Of a stretch of 64,000 bases of DNA, positions 9,126 to 19,672 are shown piece by piece. The notes beneath the pieces are model-generated. The model did no database searches, was not told where the DNA came from, and saw only the letters and a program-made list of their open reading frames with translations. The DNA lies in contig OY820579.1 in NCBI GenBank assembly GCA_963681965.1, positions 64,001 through 128,000 of the forward strand, read 5' to 3'. The stretch comes from a bacterium (GTDB taxonomy: Bacteria > Electryoneota > JAOADG01). Position 1 is the stretch's first letter. Each line of letters begins with the position of its first letter. The translations under genes and the position numbers were made by a program.

Positions 9126-9794
9126 TTATGCTTCTTTTTTCACCCAGATCCAGAAAATAAAACAGGTTTTTAGCGATTGTTTCCGCTTAAATTCAAACTT
9201 CGTCAACCAATCCAACGGAATTACTGGCGAAAAGGCATAATGTGACCGGATGTCGACGATTCGGAATTTCGCTTTGAAATAATCAATAATCACAGGATTG
9301 GACAACACGTTGTTCCAATAACTGTGCCAGCGGTGAATATATCGGCGATATATTCTGACGAGACAGTTACCGCTTCCGGTTTCGATAAATAAGCCTTGCC
9401 CATTGGGTTTTAACAACCGATGGATTTGCGCTACCCATTGTTGATAAACCTCACGGTCTTTGATGTGGTAGAGTACGCTTTTCGTGACGATGATATCAAA
9501 TTGATCTTGTAATTGGAATAAATCGCCAACAATAAACGAACATTTATCGGCAACTCCGGCATTCTTCACATACTCTATCGCATTTTCCCTGCAGGTCGCT
9601 TCACTCTCGATACCAACCACCTCGGCACCAAGATTCGCAAGCAGTGCCGCAAATCGCCCTTTACCGTAACCAATTTCCAAAACCCGCTTACCTCGAAAAA
9701 AATCCGGACCGACAGCTTCTAATGCTTCATTCAGCACCGGTCCCCAGAATTTGACACGCCATTCGGCAGCTTCTTCGATTAAACGGTAATCCAT
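9126..9794 (-). CDS. Class I SAM-dependent methyltransferase
   Basis: VLEIGYGKG motif I, FDIIV, LLKPNG. Confidence 0.85.
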   Translation of the reverse strand: MDYRLIEEAAEWRVKFWGPVLNEALEAVGPDFFRGKRVLEIGYGKGRFAALLANLGAEVVGIESEATCRENAIEYVKNAGVADKCSFIVGDLFQLQDQFDIIVTKSVLYHIKDREVYQQWVAQIHRLLKPNGQGLFIETGSGNCLVRIYRRYIHRWHSYWNNVLSNPVIIDYFKAKFRIVDIRSHYAFSPVIPLDWLTKFEFKRKQSLKTCFIFWIWVKKEA

Positions 9795-9939
9795 TATGTA
9801 CCCTTTTGTTGTTACGTTTGACTAGGAAATTACTAATTAATCAATATCCAAACAAGCATACTGAGTGGTTAATATGCGCGATCTAGCTGAACTAACCTAA
9901 AGAGCATTTTTGGAGGTGCTTTTCCGTCTTCGTATACTT

Positions 9940-10053
9940 TAGTGGTTCTTGAAAATAAGTTGTTATAATTCGGTGTCAGGCTTCGCCTGACCTGCGGGCA
10001 GACACGGGGGTCAGCCCCTACTACCGATAACAACTTATTTTCAAGAGATACTA
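9940..10053. repeat. Composite REP/MITE-like element, copy A
   Basis: TCTTGAAAATAAGTTGTTAT...ATAACAACTTATTTTCAAGA terminal inverted repeat enclosing GTCAGGC-TTC-GCCTGAC and a GTAG-REP hairpin. Confidence 0.9.
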
Positions 10054-10077
10054 TTTAGCGATATTTTGAGGTGTATT

Positions 10078-11001
10078 GTGAGCGATCAAGTCAATGTAGC
10101 GGGGCGTTCAGACGAGTCTCGCGAAGTAGGATCCTGGAAAGTGAAAGTCGGTTTAGCAGAGATGCTAAAGGGTGGCGTGATTATGGATGTCACGACCGCC
10201 GAGCAAGCAAAACTAGCCGAAAAAGCGGGTGCATCGGCAGTCATGGCACTGGAACGCATTCCCGCAGATATTCGTGTTCAAGGTGGCGTAGCCCGGATGT
10301 CGGATCCGAAGTTGATCCAAGAAATTCAAGCAGCAGTGACCATCCCGGTAATGGCAAAATGCCGGATTGGACATATTACCGAGGCTCGGATCCTGGAAGC
10401 GTTGGCAATCGATTTCATCGACGAATCAGAAGTCTTGACCCCAGCCGACGAGCAGTATCATATCTGGAAACACGATTTTAAAGCACCATTTGTGTGCGGA
10501 TGTCGAAATTTGGGCGAAGCGTTGCGCAGAATCGGCGAAGGCGCTGCCATGATTCGCACCAAAGGGGAAGCTGGCACCGGCAATGTGGTCGAGGCGGTTC
10601 GGCACATGCGATCTGTGACCGAAGAGATGAAACGGTTACAAGGACTTCCGCCGGAAGCCTTGATGGCGGCAGCGAAAAATCTTGGCGCACCATTCGATCT
10701 CGTGCAATATGTTGCGGAACACGGCAAATTACCGGTACCGAATTTTGCTGCCGGTGGCGTAGCCACCCCAGCCGATGCAGCGCTGATGCGTACCCTCGGT
10801 GCCGAAGCAGTTTTTGTCGGCAGCGGCATCTTCAAATCGACTGATCCATTGGCACGGGCAGAGGCAATCGTTCGAGCGACTACTTATTGGGACGATCCCA
10901 AAGTGCTTTTGGAAGTCTCAACCGGTCTCGGTGAGCCGATGAAGGGTTTGTCCATGGAGCAAATTCCCGAGAGCGATCGCCTCGCCGGTCGCGGCTGGTA
11001 A
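10078..11001 (+). CDS. pdxS: Pyridoxal 5'-phosphate synthase lyase subunit
   Basis: [51 protein letters not shown], ends RGW. RBS GAGG precedes GTG 10078. Confidence 0.97.
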   Translation: MSDQVNVAGRSDESREVGSWKVKVGLAEMLKGGVIMDVTTAEQAKLAEKAGASAVMALERIPADIRVQGGVARMSDPKLIQEIQAAVTIPVMAKCRIGHITEARILEALAIDFIDESEVLTPADEQYHIWKHDFKAPFVCGCRNLGEALRRIGEGAAMIRTKGEAGTGNVVEAVRHMRSVTEEMKRLQGLPPEALMAAAKNLGAPFDLVQYVAEHGKLPVPNFAAGGVATPADAALMRTLGAEAVFVGSGIFKSTDPLARAEAIVRATTYWDDPKVLLEVSTGLGEPMKGLSMEQIPESDRLAGRGW

Positions 11002-11017
11002 AATTCTCGCAAGTAAG

Positions 11018-11049
11018 AAAAAAGAGGCACGAATGTGCCTCTTTTTTTT
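11018..11049 (+). terminator. Intrinsic terminator after pdxS
   Basis: AAAAAAGAGGCAC-GAAT-GTGCCTCTTTTTTTT. Confidence 0.9.
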
Positions 11050-11160
11050 ATTCAATCACTACCATTCAAATTCTCGTTGTGAAAGAATCGATTTATTGAT
11101 AGTTTATCTCGAATAATAACTCAAGTAACGGTATCGCAATGACGAAGACACTTATGGATA

Positions 11161-11297
11161 GTAGGATGAGTGCCCCCTGCTCGAGGATCGAGGCGTGAGT
11201 TACACCCTCGTTCCAATTATCGAGAGCATTCGCGCTATAGGTATTCCTCCTGCACGACTACCCCTTAGCGATGAAAGTCGTTAGGGGGTTTTTATTG
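11161..11297 (+). ncRNA. Candidate orphan structured small RNA with its own terminator
   Basis: Long irregular hairpin 11161-11253 with G-U pairs, followed by CCCCTTAGCGAT-GAAA-GTCGTTAGGGGG-TTTTT. It lies downstream of the pdxS terminator. Confidence 0.5.
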
Positions 11298-11320
11298 GAT
11301 GTAACCTATCGACAAAAATC

Positions 11321-11343
11321 AAGGGATGCGAGATGCACCCCTT
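11321..11343 (-). terminator. Probable terminator of the hybrid kinase gene
   Basis: Minus strand AAGGGGTGC-ATCTC-GCATCCCTT followed by GATTTTT. Confidence 0.55.
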
Positions 11344-11401
11344 GAAAACAAATACCCGTCTTAATTGGAGATAAATTCGATCCGGAATTATCGAATAATT
11401 G

Positions 11402-14400
11402 CTAGCTCTTAATCGAAGCGAGTGCTTTCCGAATTAATTCACCCATTTCGTTGATCTTGTACGGTTTTACCGCAACGGCAATAAATCCGAAATCGCGGTA
11501 ATTCGCAATGACCGGATCAGTCGAGTATCCACTGGAAACGATCGCTTTGACAGCAGGATTAATTTCGCGCAACATTTTCAATGTTTCCAAACCACCGACA
11601 CCGCCCGGGATCGTCAAATCCATAATCACGAGATCGAAAGTCCGGTTTTCGGCGATCGCTTTTTGGTATTCTTCGACAGTTTGCCGCCCATCTTCCGTGA
11701 TTGTCACCTCGTACCCGAAGTGCTTCAATCCCCGTTCCAGAACCGATCTAACGATATCATCGTCGTCTAAAACTAAAATCCGACCTTTTCCTTTGATATT
11801 GTTGATATCGAGTGATTGCGAAGCTTCAATGTTCGAATTTGCGCTCGCTACCGGCAAATAGACGGTAAAAGTGCTGCCGACCTTTTCCTGCGAACTAACT
11901 TCGATCGCACCGGAATGATATTTTACGATCGAGTAGGTAGTTGCAAGTCCAAGTCCGGAGCCACTCTCTTTCGTAGTGAAATAGGGATCGAAAATCTTGT
12001 CGATCTGCGTCGATGGAATGCCAATTCCGGTATCGATCACCTCGATCCGGATATAATGATCACCCTCAAGTGTGACTGGTAGTGCGTGCTCGCGCCTCGA
12101 TACGTTCTTTGCACGAATAATAATCGATCCGCCTTTCGGCATCGCTTGATCGGCATTAATCACAAGATTCTGGAATACTTGACTTATTTGCCCGGCATCA
12201 ATTTCCACCGTCCACAAATCAGCAGGAAGTTCGAATTTGCAGGTCGATTTCGATCCGCGAAGAGCAAACTCGACGGTATCGATCAGAATATCTTTAATCG
12301 CCTGCGATTTTCGGATCGGTGTTCCGCCTTTGGCGAACATCAACAATTGTTGCGTAAGATCTTTGGCGCGCAACGCGGATTTCTCCGCTTCGGCAAGCAA
12401 TTTGATGGTTTCATCTCGAGCATCAGGAAACATTCTAACAAACGAAATACTTCCAACAACACCGGTAAGCAGATTGTTAAAGTCGTGTGCTATTCCTCCG
12501 GCAAGGATACTGAGCGATTCCAATTTCGCAGATCGTTGCAACTCCTCTTGTACTTTCTTTTCGGATGTGACATCGCGGAAAACCAGTACGACACCAATTA
12601 CCACGCTATTGGCATCGAAAATCGGTGCTCCGGAATCGGCGATCACATATTCATTCCCATTGCGAGAAAGTAATTTGGTATGGTTTGCCAGACCGACGAT
12701 TTTCTTTGTTCGGAGGACAGCATCGACAGGACTTTCCAGCGGTTTGCGAGAATTGATATCGACGATCACAAAAATATCGTGTAACGGTTTTCCCAGCGCT
12801 TCCTCTTGTGTCCACCCGGTCAATTTTTCAGCCACTCGATTCAATAGCGAAACCCGACCAGCCCGATCGGTTGTGATGACACCATCGCCAATACTGCGGA
12901 GTGTCACTGCCAGTCGCTCTTTCTCTTCCTGCAAAGCCATACGATTCATCATACCATCGGTCACATCCCCGATCGTTCCGAGCAATCGAATCGGGAGTCC
13001 ATCGATGTTACGTTCGATAATTGATGAATTTTCCAGGCAGAGATATCCACCATCTTTTTTTCGAACCCGATAGGTTGCTTCGAAGAATTTATTGGAAGAA
13101 TCGACTGATTCAGCGACCTGTCTTTTCACAGAATCGAAATCGGAGGGGTGTATCCAGCTAATCCAAGTCTGAATCGTATTATCAAAATCCTCTGCATCAT
13201 ACCCAAGCATCGATAAAATGTTCTCATCGATGAAAAGCTGCCCGGAAATCGGATCCAGTTCGGAAATACCGACTTTTCCAGCCAAGGTTGCCATTTTGTA
13301 GCGAGCGGCAATTTCTTGAAGTCGCTCTTGCGTCTGCTTCAAAGCTGTCACATCGACATCGAGACAGAAAATTTCCTTGACAACCCCATCTTGAAGGACT
13401 GGGAACATCGATGAATATACCCAGACCCGTTCTCCAGATGAAGCGATCGTCGACCATTCCGATGGCTCTGTCGGTTTTCCACTGTTCCAAATACTATCGA
13501 TTGTCTCTAAAAAAACCGATTTATCGACGTCGGTGGTCAAGATTACATCTTGAATTTTCTTACCAATGACTCCTTCTTTTGGCTGCCCGTACAAAGTCTC
13601 GGACTTAGAATTCCAATGAATAATCGTTCCATCGCGATCATATCCCTGGATCGCAATCATAGGATTGTTTTCGATGATATTATCGAAGCTTTCACGAGTA
13701 TCGCGGATTAATTTATCGGCTTGGATTATTTGGGTGATATCTTTACTGACAAACAGCAGAAACTTTTCCTGTTCATAGTTTTCGAACATATCCGCCGAAC
13801 AAAGAAACGTTCTCACTTCTCCCGATTTGGTTCGATATTCTCTGATAGCGGTATTTAACTTGGGGTTTTCGAGCAGATAGGCAATCACGCGATTTCTTTC
13901 CGCTTGATCTTCGTAGAAGAAATCCGAAGCCAACCTACCAACCAACTCTTCGCGGCTATAGCCCGATACTCGAACGAACTCCTCGTTGACATCGACAAAT
14001 ATGCCATCGGTCATCGATGAGATTGTGACGGCATTCGGGTTATTATTGAACGCACTGGAAAATTTCAGTTCGGAAGCTTGCAGCATCCGTTCCATCCGTT
14101 TTCGTTTGGAAATATCTTGAAATGCCAGCAAGACGTGCCAATCGGATTGTATGGAATATGTCAATTGAAGATCGACAATCGTGGGTTTTTTCGAAAACCG
14201 GATTCGTGTTTCTTCTTCAATCACCAAATTTCCATTACCCAATTTCATTATCGCATTCGACATCGATTTTCGAAATTCTTCGGTCGAGAACGATTCAGGA
14301 TGCAATTTCGCTTGTTCTTTCGAATTCAATTCGAGAAGATTCAATGCCGCACGATTAATTCCGACAATTTTAATTTTCTCAATCATCGGCACGAGCGGCG

Positions 14401-15460
14401 TATAATCCTGAGTTAGATCCCAGCTCTCAAGTTGTCGGCAAAATTGCGGCAAAGACGATTTGAACGGGATCAATTCCGATGCATCGATCTCCATCATCGG
14501 GATTGGCGAGTCTTCGAACAAATGACGAAAACGAATTTCCCGATTTCTCAATTCCGCATGATTCTGCATCCGATCAGTTATGTCGCGGATGGTTGCCTGA
14601 ACGATGTTTTCACCGTCAATATCGATCGCATGCAAACTAATTTCCGTGTCGATTTGCTTACCGGATTTGGATTGATAAATCCATTCGAATACCGGTCGCT
14701 CTCCCGCATTTGCCACAAATAAATATTTATCAACTAGCGATTTTGAAGAAATTCCGTTTGCCTGAGTTTCGGGCGAAAAGTCGATCGGTGATTTGCCAAG
14801 AAAATCATCGCGACTGAAACCCATTAATTTTTCGGTGAGAAAATTGCAATCGCAAAAATAGCCGTCTTTCAATAACATGATAGCATCGTTGGCATTTTCA
14901 AACAGCAATCGATATTTTCGTTCACTCGTTTGTAATTGCAATTCAGCCAGTTTTCGTTGGGTAATATCTGTACGGGTACCAATAATTCGAATCGGATCAC
15001 CCGAAGGTTCGCGTTCGACAATATTCCCTTGCGAGAGCACCCACATCCAAGCGCCATCGCGTTTTTTTAAGCGGTATTCCGATCGGTATTCCGAAGCCGA
15101 ACCGTTAATGTAAGCGTTCAGATCACTCTGCATTCGCAGCAGATCATCCGGGTGAATCAGTACTCGCCACCGTGTATACAAGCGATTGAACTCATCCGGG
15201 TCGTATCCCAACATTTCTGCCCAATGAACGTTGATCGAATCCCCGGTTCTTCGATTCCAATCCCATACCGCTTGATTTGCACTTTCCAGAGCAAGCTGCA
15301 ATTGTTGTTCGCGCTTGCGCAATATGTCGAATACCGCTTTGGTCTCGTCTGTTTCCGACGGGAGATTCGTCATCCCATTAATTAATGCAAGCGCTATTTG
15401 AAAATCCGCTTCGGATTTGCAGGTAGCTCGAAGTTCTTTCATCAATTGCGAGGATAACAT
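11402..15460 (-). CDS. Cytoplasmic multi-PAS hybrid histidine kinase / receiver
   Basis: Multiple PAS/PAC repeats, AGGIAHDFNNLL H-box, NLVINA, DTGIGI, FDPYFTTK, GLGL, and a C-terminal receiver (ILVLDDD, MDLTIPG). Confidence 0.95.
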   Translation of the reverse strand: MLSSQLMKELRATCKSEADFQIALALINGMTNLPSETDETKAVFDILRKREQQLQLALESANQAVWDWNRRTGDSINVHWAEMLGYDPDEFNRLYTRWRVLIHPDDLLRMQSDLNAYINGSASEYRSEYRLKKRDGAWMWVLSQGNIVEREPSGDPIRIIGTRTDITQRKLAELQLQTSERKYRLLFENANDAIMLLKDGYFCDCNFLTEKLMGFSRDDFLGKSPIDFSPETQANGISSKSLVDKYLFVANAGERPVFEWIYQSKSGKQIDTEISLHAIDIDGENIVQATIRDITDRMQNHAELRNREIRFRHLFEDSPIPMMEIDASELIPFKSSLPQFCRQLESWDLTQDYTPLVPMIEKIKIVGINRAALNLLELNSKEQAKLHPESFSTEEFRKSMSNAIMKLGNGNLVIEEETRIRFSKKPTIVDLQLTYSIQSDWHVLLAFQDISKRKRMERMLQASELKFSSAFNNNPNAVTISSMTDGIFVDVNEEFVRVSGYSREELVGRLASDFFYEDQAERNRVIAYLLENPKLNTAIREYRTKSGEVRTFLCSADMFENYEQEKFLLFVSKDITQIIQADKLIRDTRESFDNIIENNPMIAIQGYDRDGTIIHWNSKSETLYGQPKEGVIGKKIQDVILTTDVDKSVFLETIDSIWNSGKPTEPSEWSTIASSGERVWVYSSMFPVLQDGVVKEIFCLDVDVTALKQTQERLQEIAARYKMATLAGKVGISELDPISGQLFIDENILSMLGYDAEDFDNTIQTWISWIHPSDFDSVKRQVAESVDSSNKFFEATYRVRKKDGGYLCLENSSIIERNIDGLPIRLLGTIGDVTDGMMNRMALQEEKERLAVTLRSIGDGVITTDRAGRVSLLNRVAEKLTGWTQEEALGKPLHDIFVIVDINSRKPLESPVDAVLRTKKIVGLANHTKLLSRNGNEYVIADSGAPIFDANSVVIGVVLVFRDVTSEKKVQEELQRSAKLESLSILAGGIAHDFNNLLTGVVGSISFVRMFPDARDETIKLLAEAEKSALRAKDLTQQLLMFAKGGTPIRKSQAIKDILIDTVEFALRGSKSTCKFELPADLWTVEIDAGQISQVFQNLVINADQAMPKGGSIIIRAKNVSRREHALPVTLEGDHYIRIEVIDTGIGIPSTQIDKIFDPYFTTKESGSGLGLATTYSIVKYHSGAIEVSSQEKVGSTFTVYLPVASANSNIEASQSLDINNIKGKGRILVLDDDDIVRSVLERGLKHFGYEVTITEDGRQTVEEYQKAIAENRTFDLVIMDLTIPGGVGGLETLKMLREINPAVKAIVSSGYSTDPVIANYRDFGFIAVAVKPYKINEMGELIRKALASIKS

Positions 15461-15783
15461 TCATTTCCTCCCGATCGATCGCGTAGCGCTATCAATCGCA
15501 ATTTCCAGTCGCATGTGAGCCGGTGGCATCTTTTAACATCCGAGTATTTATCGATGTATGATGGATGATTAAGCGATTTGTGATCTATTCGAGCAATATA
15601 TGAAAAAAAGCTCAAACGCTCTCATAGTCTTCACATACTTAACAAACTTTTAGCGTAAAATGGTCATCATCCGATTCTTTCGAATACTCACCGATTTTGC
15701 TATAACACGCGAGTATTTTTCAAGTAATACAAAAAACGATGCAAACAAATGTTTGCATCGTTTCGAAATCGGTCAGGATTTCA

Positions 15784-18765
15784 TCAGCTACAACCGGTCG
15801 CTGAAGCGCCACATTCGATACAATAGTAGCAACTTCCGCGCTGAATAGTCATGTTTCCGCAGACGGGACACGCGGGACCACTACTATCGATTTCAGATAA
15901 ATGCAATTCGGTTTGCTTTGGATCGGGTATTGTCGATTCCAATACTAAAGCGAATCTGCCGGGATTGCTGGTTGGCTCTTCATCGTCGGCACGCGACGTT
16001 CGCCGGTCGCCATCGACTTGGGCTTCGGGTTTGGCGATGAACTTCTTTTCGAGCCAGCGGAAGATATAATCCATGATCGATGTGGCGGATGGAACTTCGG
16101 GATTGATCGTGAATCCCGATGGTTCAAACCGCATTCGTTGGAACTTGCTCGACAGTATTTTCAACGGGACACCGTATTGCAGCGCCAACGAAATCGACGT
16201 TGCAAAGGCATCCATTAAACCGGAGATTGTCGAACCTTCTTTCGACATCTTGATGAAAATTTCGCCGGGTGAACCGTCCTGATACATTCCGACGGTGATA
16301 TAACCTTCATGTCCGGCAATCGAAAACTTATGCGTAATCGAGGCGCGTTCGTCAGGAAGTTTTCGGCGTGCCGGTTTGAATGGTTTTACCGGTTGTCCCT
16401 GCTTCTCGGCTTCTTTCAAGCTGGTGTTGAGCGGTTGGGTTCGTTTACACCCGTCACGATAGATTGCAATCGATTTCAGACCGAGTTTCCATGCTTGCAT
16501 ATAGATGTACTCGATCTCTTCGACAGTCGCCTTGTTGGGAACATTTACCGTTTTCGAAATTGCACCGGAAAGGAATGGTTGCGCCGCCGCCATCATTTTG
16601 ATGTGCGCATTGTATGAAATGTATCGCTCGCCGTTATGCGGTTTAAAGGCACAATCGAATACGGGAAGGTGCTCCGGTTTCAGATTGGGCGCGCCTTCGA
16701 TCGTATCCTTCGTCTCGATGTATTTCAGAACATCTTCGACCTGTTCGTCGTTGTAACCCAGTGTCCGCAACGAAACAGGAACAGTTTGATTGACGATCTT
16801 CAACATTCCGCCACCGATCAATTTTTTGTATTTGACCAGAGCGATGTCGGGTTCAATCCCGGTCGTATCGCAATCCATCATGAATGCAATCGTTCCAGTT
16901 GGCGCCAATACGGTAACTTGCGCGTTGCGATAACCGTATTCGGAACCGAGCATATAGGCTTTTTCCCAGGATTGTTGTGCGGCTTTCAACAGCGGTTTGT
17001 AAACGGTTTGACGCGCGTGGATATTGTCGACCGATGCCTGATGTTTTCGAATAACCCGAAGCATAGCGTCGCGATTCTTCTCGAACGATCGGAACGCACC
17101 CATTTTGACGGCGATTGTCGCCGAAGTCCGATAAGCTTCACCGGTCATCAAGGCAGTAATCGCACCAGCGGTAGCTCGGGCTTCGTCGCTATCGTACGAG
17201 TAACCGTAACTCATCAACAACGCGCCAAGATTGGCGTAACCCAAGCCCAAGGTGCGAAATTCCGCACTGTTCGCGGCAATCCGGTCCGTCGGGTAACTGG
17301 CGCTATCGATCAGGATTTCTTGTGCCAATATCATCGTACTAACGGTGTGCCGGAACCCTTCGACATCGAATCCGCGATTATCTTTACCGAATTTCAAGAC
17401 ATTGATCGATGAGAGATTGCATGCGGTATTGTCAAGGAACATATATTCGCTGCAAGGATTCGAGGCATAAATCCGATCGGTTGCAGCACAAGTGTGCCAG
17501 TCATTGATCGTCGTATCGAATTGCAGACCGGGATCGCCGCACTGCCACGCTGCCTCGGCGATTTTGTGGAACAGCTCGCGTGCTTTCATCGTATCTACGA
17601 CGAAACCGCCTTTCACTGCACGGGTCTGCCAAAAGCTGTCGTCCTCGACTGCGAGCATAAACTGATCGGTAATACGAACGCTATTGTTACTGTTCTGAAA
17701 GTAAACCGAAGAGTACGCTTCGCCGCCGAAACTGCCATCGTAACCGGCATCGATCAGCGCCCACGCTTTCTTTTCCTCGCTCACTTTACAACTGACGAAG
17801 TCAAGAATATCGGGATGGGTCACATTCAGAATCACCATCTTAGCGGCACGTCGGGTTTTTCCACCGGATTTAATCACACCGGCGAAGGAATCGTAGCCTT
17901 TCATAAAGCTGACCGGACCACTAGCCGAACCGCCACTGGACAATTTCTCGCGGCTGGAACGTAAGGTCGAAAGATTGGTTCCGGTGCCACTGCCGAATTT
18001 AAACAACATCCCTTCGGTTTTCGCCAGATTGAGGATCGATTCCATCGTGTCTTCGACACTATTGATGAAACATGCGCTGCACTGGGGTTTTTCCTCGACA
18101 CCGACGTTGAACCAGACCGGGCTATTGAATGCGGCAATCTGATGGAGCATCATATAAGTCAGCTCATCGTAAAAATTCTCAGCCGATTCTTCATTTTCGA
18201 AATAGCCGTCTTTCAAACCCCAGCCGGTAATCGTTCGGGTCACGCGTTCGATCAACTGTTTGAGACTGTATTCGCGTTGCGGTGTACCGTATTCACCTTT
18301 AAAATACTTCGACACGACGACATTCGTCGCCAGCATCGACCAACTCTTCGGCATTTCGACACCGCGTTGTTCGAATACAATTTCCCCTTTTTCGCTGTTT
18401 ATCTGGGCATCGCGAAATTCCCATTCTACCGTATCGAACACCACCATCCCGGGTTTAGTAAAATGCCGTTCGACGCGGAGACCGCGAGATTTCTCTTCGC
18501 GCAATGCTTCGGTTTCGGAGCCATTTCGAATCTTTTCAATTTCGGCTTTCATCGATTTTGATGGTTCTTCGGGTTGATACGGGATGGTTTCAGTCACAGT
18601 TTTCGATTCAGTGGATTTCGCAATTTCAACTGCCGGCATCTGACCTCCGTCGGTCAATATTTCTTCTACAAAACGCATTTGGTAATTTCCTATTTCGTTT
18701 TGATTAGTTGTAGTAGGTACGTTTTCGCGATTTGCTCGCGAACCGCGATTTGCTTGATTACTCAT
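15784..18765 (-). CDS. nrdJ: Class II (adenosylcobalamin-dependent) ribonucleotide reductase
   Basis: FNSPVWFN, PQCSACFI, GGKTRRAAKM, NPCSEY, APTGTI, AISKTVN, C-terminal TSCPD-like domain and CPVCG..CIECG Zn ribbon. Confidence 0.96.
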   Translation of the reverse strand: MSNQANRGSRANRENVPTTTNQNEIGNYQMRFVEEILTDGGQMPAVEIAKSTESKTVTETIPYQPEEPSKSMKAEIEKIRNGSETEALREEKSRGLRVERHFTKPGMVVFDTVEWEFRDAQINSEKGEIVFEQRGVEMPKSWSMLATNVVVSKYFKGEYGTPQREYSLKQLIERVTRTITGWGLKDGYFENEESAENFYDELTYMMLHQIAAFNSPVWFNVGVEEKPQCSACFINSVEDTMESILNLAKTEGMLFKFGSGTGTNLSTLRSSREKLSSGGSASGPVSFMKGYDSFAGVIKSGGKTRRAAKMVILNVTHPDILDFVSCKVSEEKKAWALIDAGYDGSFGGEAYSSVYFQNSNNSVRITDQFMLAVEDDSFWQTRAVKGGFVVDTMKARELFHKIAEAAWQCGDPGLQFDTTINDWHTCAATDRIYASNPCSEYMFLDNTACNLSSINVLKFGKDNRGFDVEGFRHTVSTMILAQEILIDSASYPTDRIAANSAEFRTLGLGYANLGALLMSYGYSYDSDEARATAGAITALMTGEAYRTSATIAVKMGAFRSFEKNRDAMLRVIRKHQASVDNIHARQTVYKPLLKAAQQSWEKAYMLGSEYGYRNAQVTVLAPTGTIAFMMDCDTTGIEPDIALVKYKKLIGGGMLKIVNQTVPVSLRTLGYNDEQVEDVLKYIETKDTIEGAPNLKPEHLPVFDCAFKPHNGERYISYNAHIKMMAAAQPFLSGAISKTVNVPNKATVEEIEYIYMQAWKLGLKSIAIYRDGCKRTQPLNTSLKEAEKQGQPVKPFKPARRKLPDERASITHKFSIAGHEGYITVGMYQDGSPGEIFIKMSKEGSTISGLMDAFATSISLALQYGVPLKILSSKFQRMRFEPSGFTINPEVPSATSIMDYIFRWLEKKFIAKPEAQVDGDRRTSRADDEEPTSNPGRFALVLESTIPDPKQTELHLSEIDSSGPACPVCGNMTIQRGSCYYCIECGASATGCS

Positions 18766-18768
18766 TTC

Positions 18769-19581
18769 CTAAGCCTCACTCAGGCTTCGGATAAAACTCG
18801 GTAGCTCCATCTCGATGCTCTCGATAGTTCGAAAACCATACCAGATCAGGCTTTTTCCCTCGATCTTGATCGGTTTCGTACAACAACCGTATTCGGCTAA
18901 CCGTTCTACCATCGAATTGATTTCGCTATTCGACCAGCAATACGGCTCAGATGGAAAAATGATAAATTCGGGATTTTCTTGTGCAACACTTTCCAGCGAT
19001 ACTATTGGATAACGTTCCACACGATCGAAAAACGGATTCACTACTCCTGCTCTACTCAACCAATCTGCCAGATAGGTATCGCCATTGGCAGTCATTAGCG
19101 GCGAATTCCAAACAAGAGCAACCGCGCGGTAGTTATGCATGTCGGTAGAGTCATGCGCGGTAAAGAGGGTTTTCGCAATACGCAGAGCGAATACTTCAGC
19201 TTTTGAATCGCACCCGGTAAGAAAACCCAGATGACGAAGTAAATCGGGAACATCGGATATCCGTCGCACATCACTGACATATACCGGATAGCGTTCGGAC
19301 AAGTAGCAATAATGTTCAATTCGATTTTCTTCGCGATTGAGAAGGATCAAATCCGGATTCAACGAATCAATCAATTCCAGATCGGGATTTTTCGGTCCAC
19401 CTAGTTTCGGAAGGAATTGGATCAAGTCGACCGGATCGGTACAATAACTCGATACTCCTACCACTTGCGAACCGCCACCAATTTCAAATAGCGTTTCCGT
19501 GATCGATGGAACGAGCGATACAATTCTTTTTGCCGGTTGATTGCACTTCACCAAATGTCCGCACGGGTCGATGAGATGCAT
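18769..19581 (-). CDS. BtuF-like helical-backbone (cobalamin/Fe-chelate) binding protein without signal peptide
   Basis: RIVSLVPSITETLF, VVGVSSYC, GGPKNPD, PDLIL, EEN, SEPY, WYG. It ends 3 nt before the nrdJ start. Confidence 0.85.
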   Translation of the reverse strand: MHLIDPCGHLVKCNQPAKRIVSLVPSITETLFEIGGGSQVVGVSSYCTDPVDLIQFLPKLGGPKNPDLELIDSLNPDLILLNREENRIEHYCYLSERYPVYVSDVRRISDVPDLLRHLGFLTGCDSKAEVFALRIAKTLFTAHDSTDMHNYRAVALVWNSPLMTANGDTYLADWLSRAGVVNPFFDRVERYPIVSLESVAQENPEFIIFPSEPYCWSNSEINSMVERLAEYGCCTKPIKIEGKSLIWYGFRTIESIEMELPSFIRSLSEA

Positions 19582-19613
19582 TCGTTTTCTCGATCTCTTT
19601 GTTCGTTGAATCG

Positions 19614-19672
19614 CACCTAAGAATAGTGTCTCGATAATCGCGAGTCAAGATTGTGAACTCAATCTATTGTGG
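19614..19672 (-). promoter_or_regulatory. Sigma70 promoter with two NrdR-box-like sites
   Basis: Minus strand TTGACT(19648-19643)-17-TATTCT(19625-19620). ACTCAATCTATTGTGG (19657-19672) is close to the NrdR consensus acaCwAtATaTwGtgg. A weaker box at 19614-19629, 43 bp away, overlaps the -10. Confidence 0.65.

Noticed and set aside
11161-11253. SRP RNA or tRNA
   Set aside because: Lacks the SRP helix-8 motif and a cloverleaf/T-loop.
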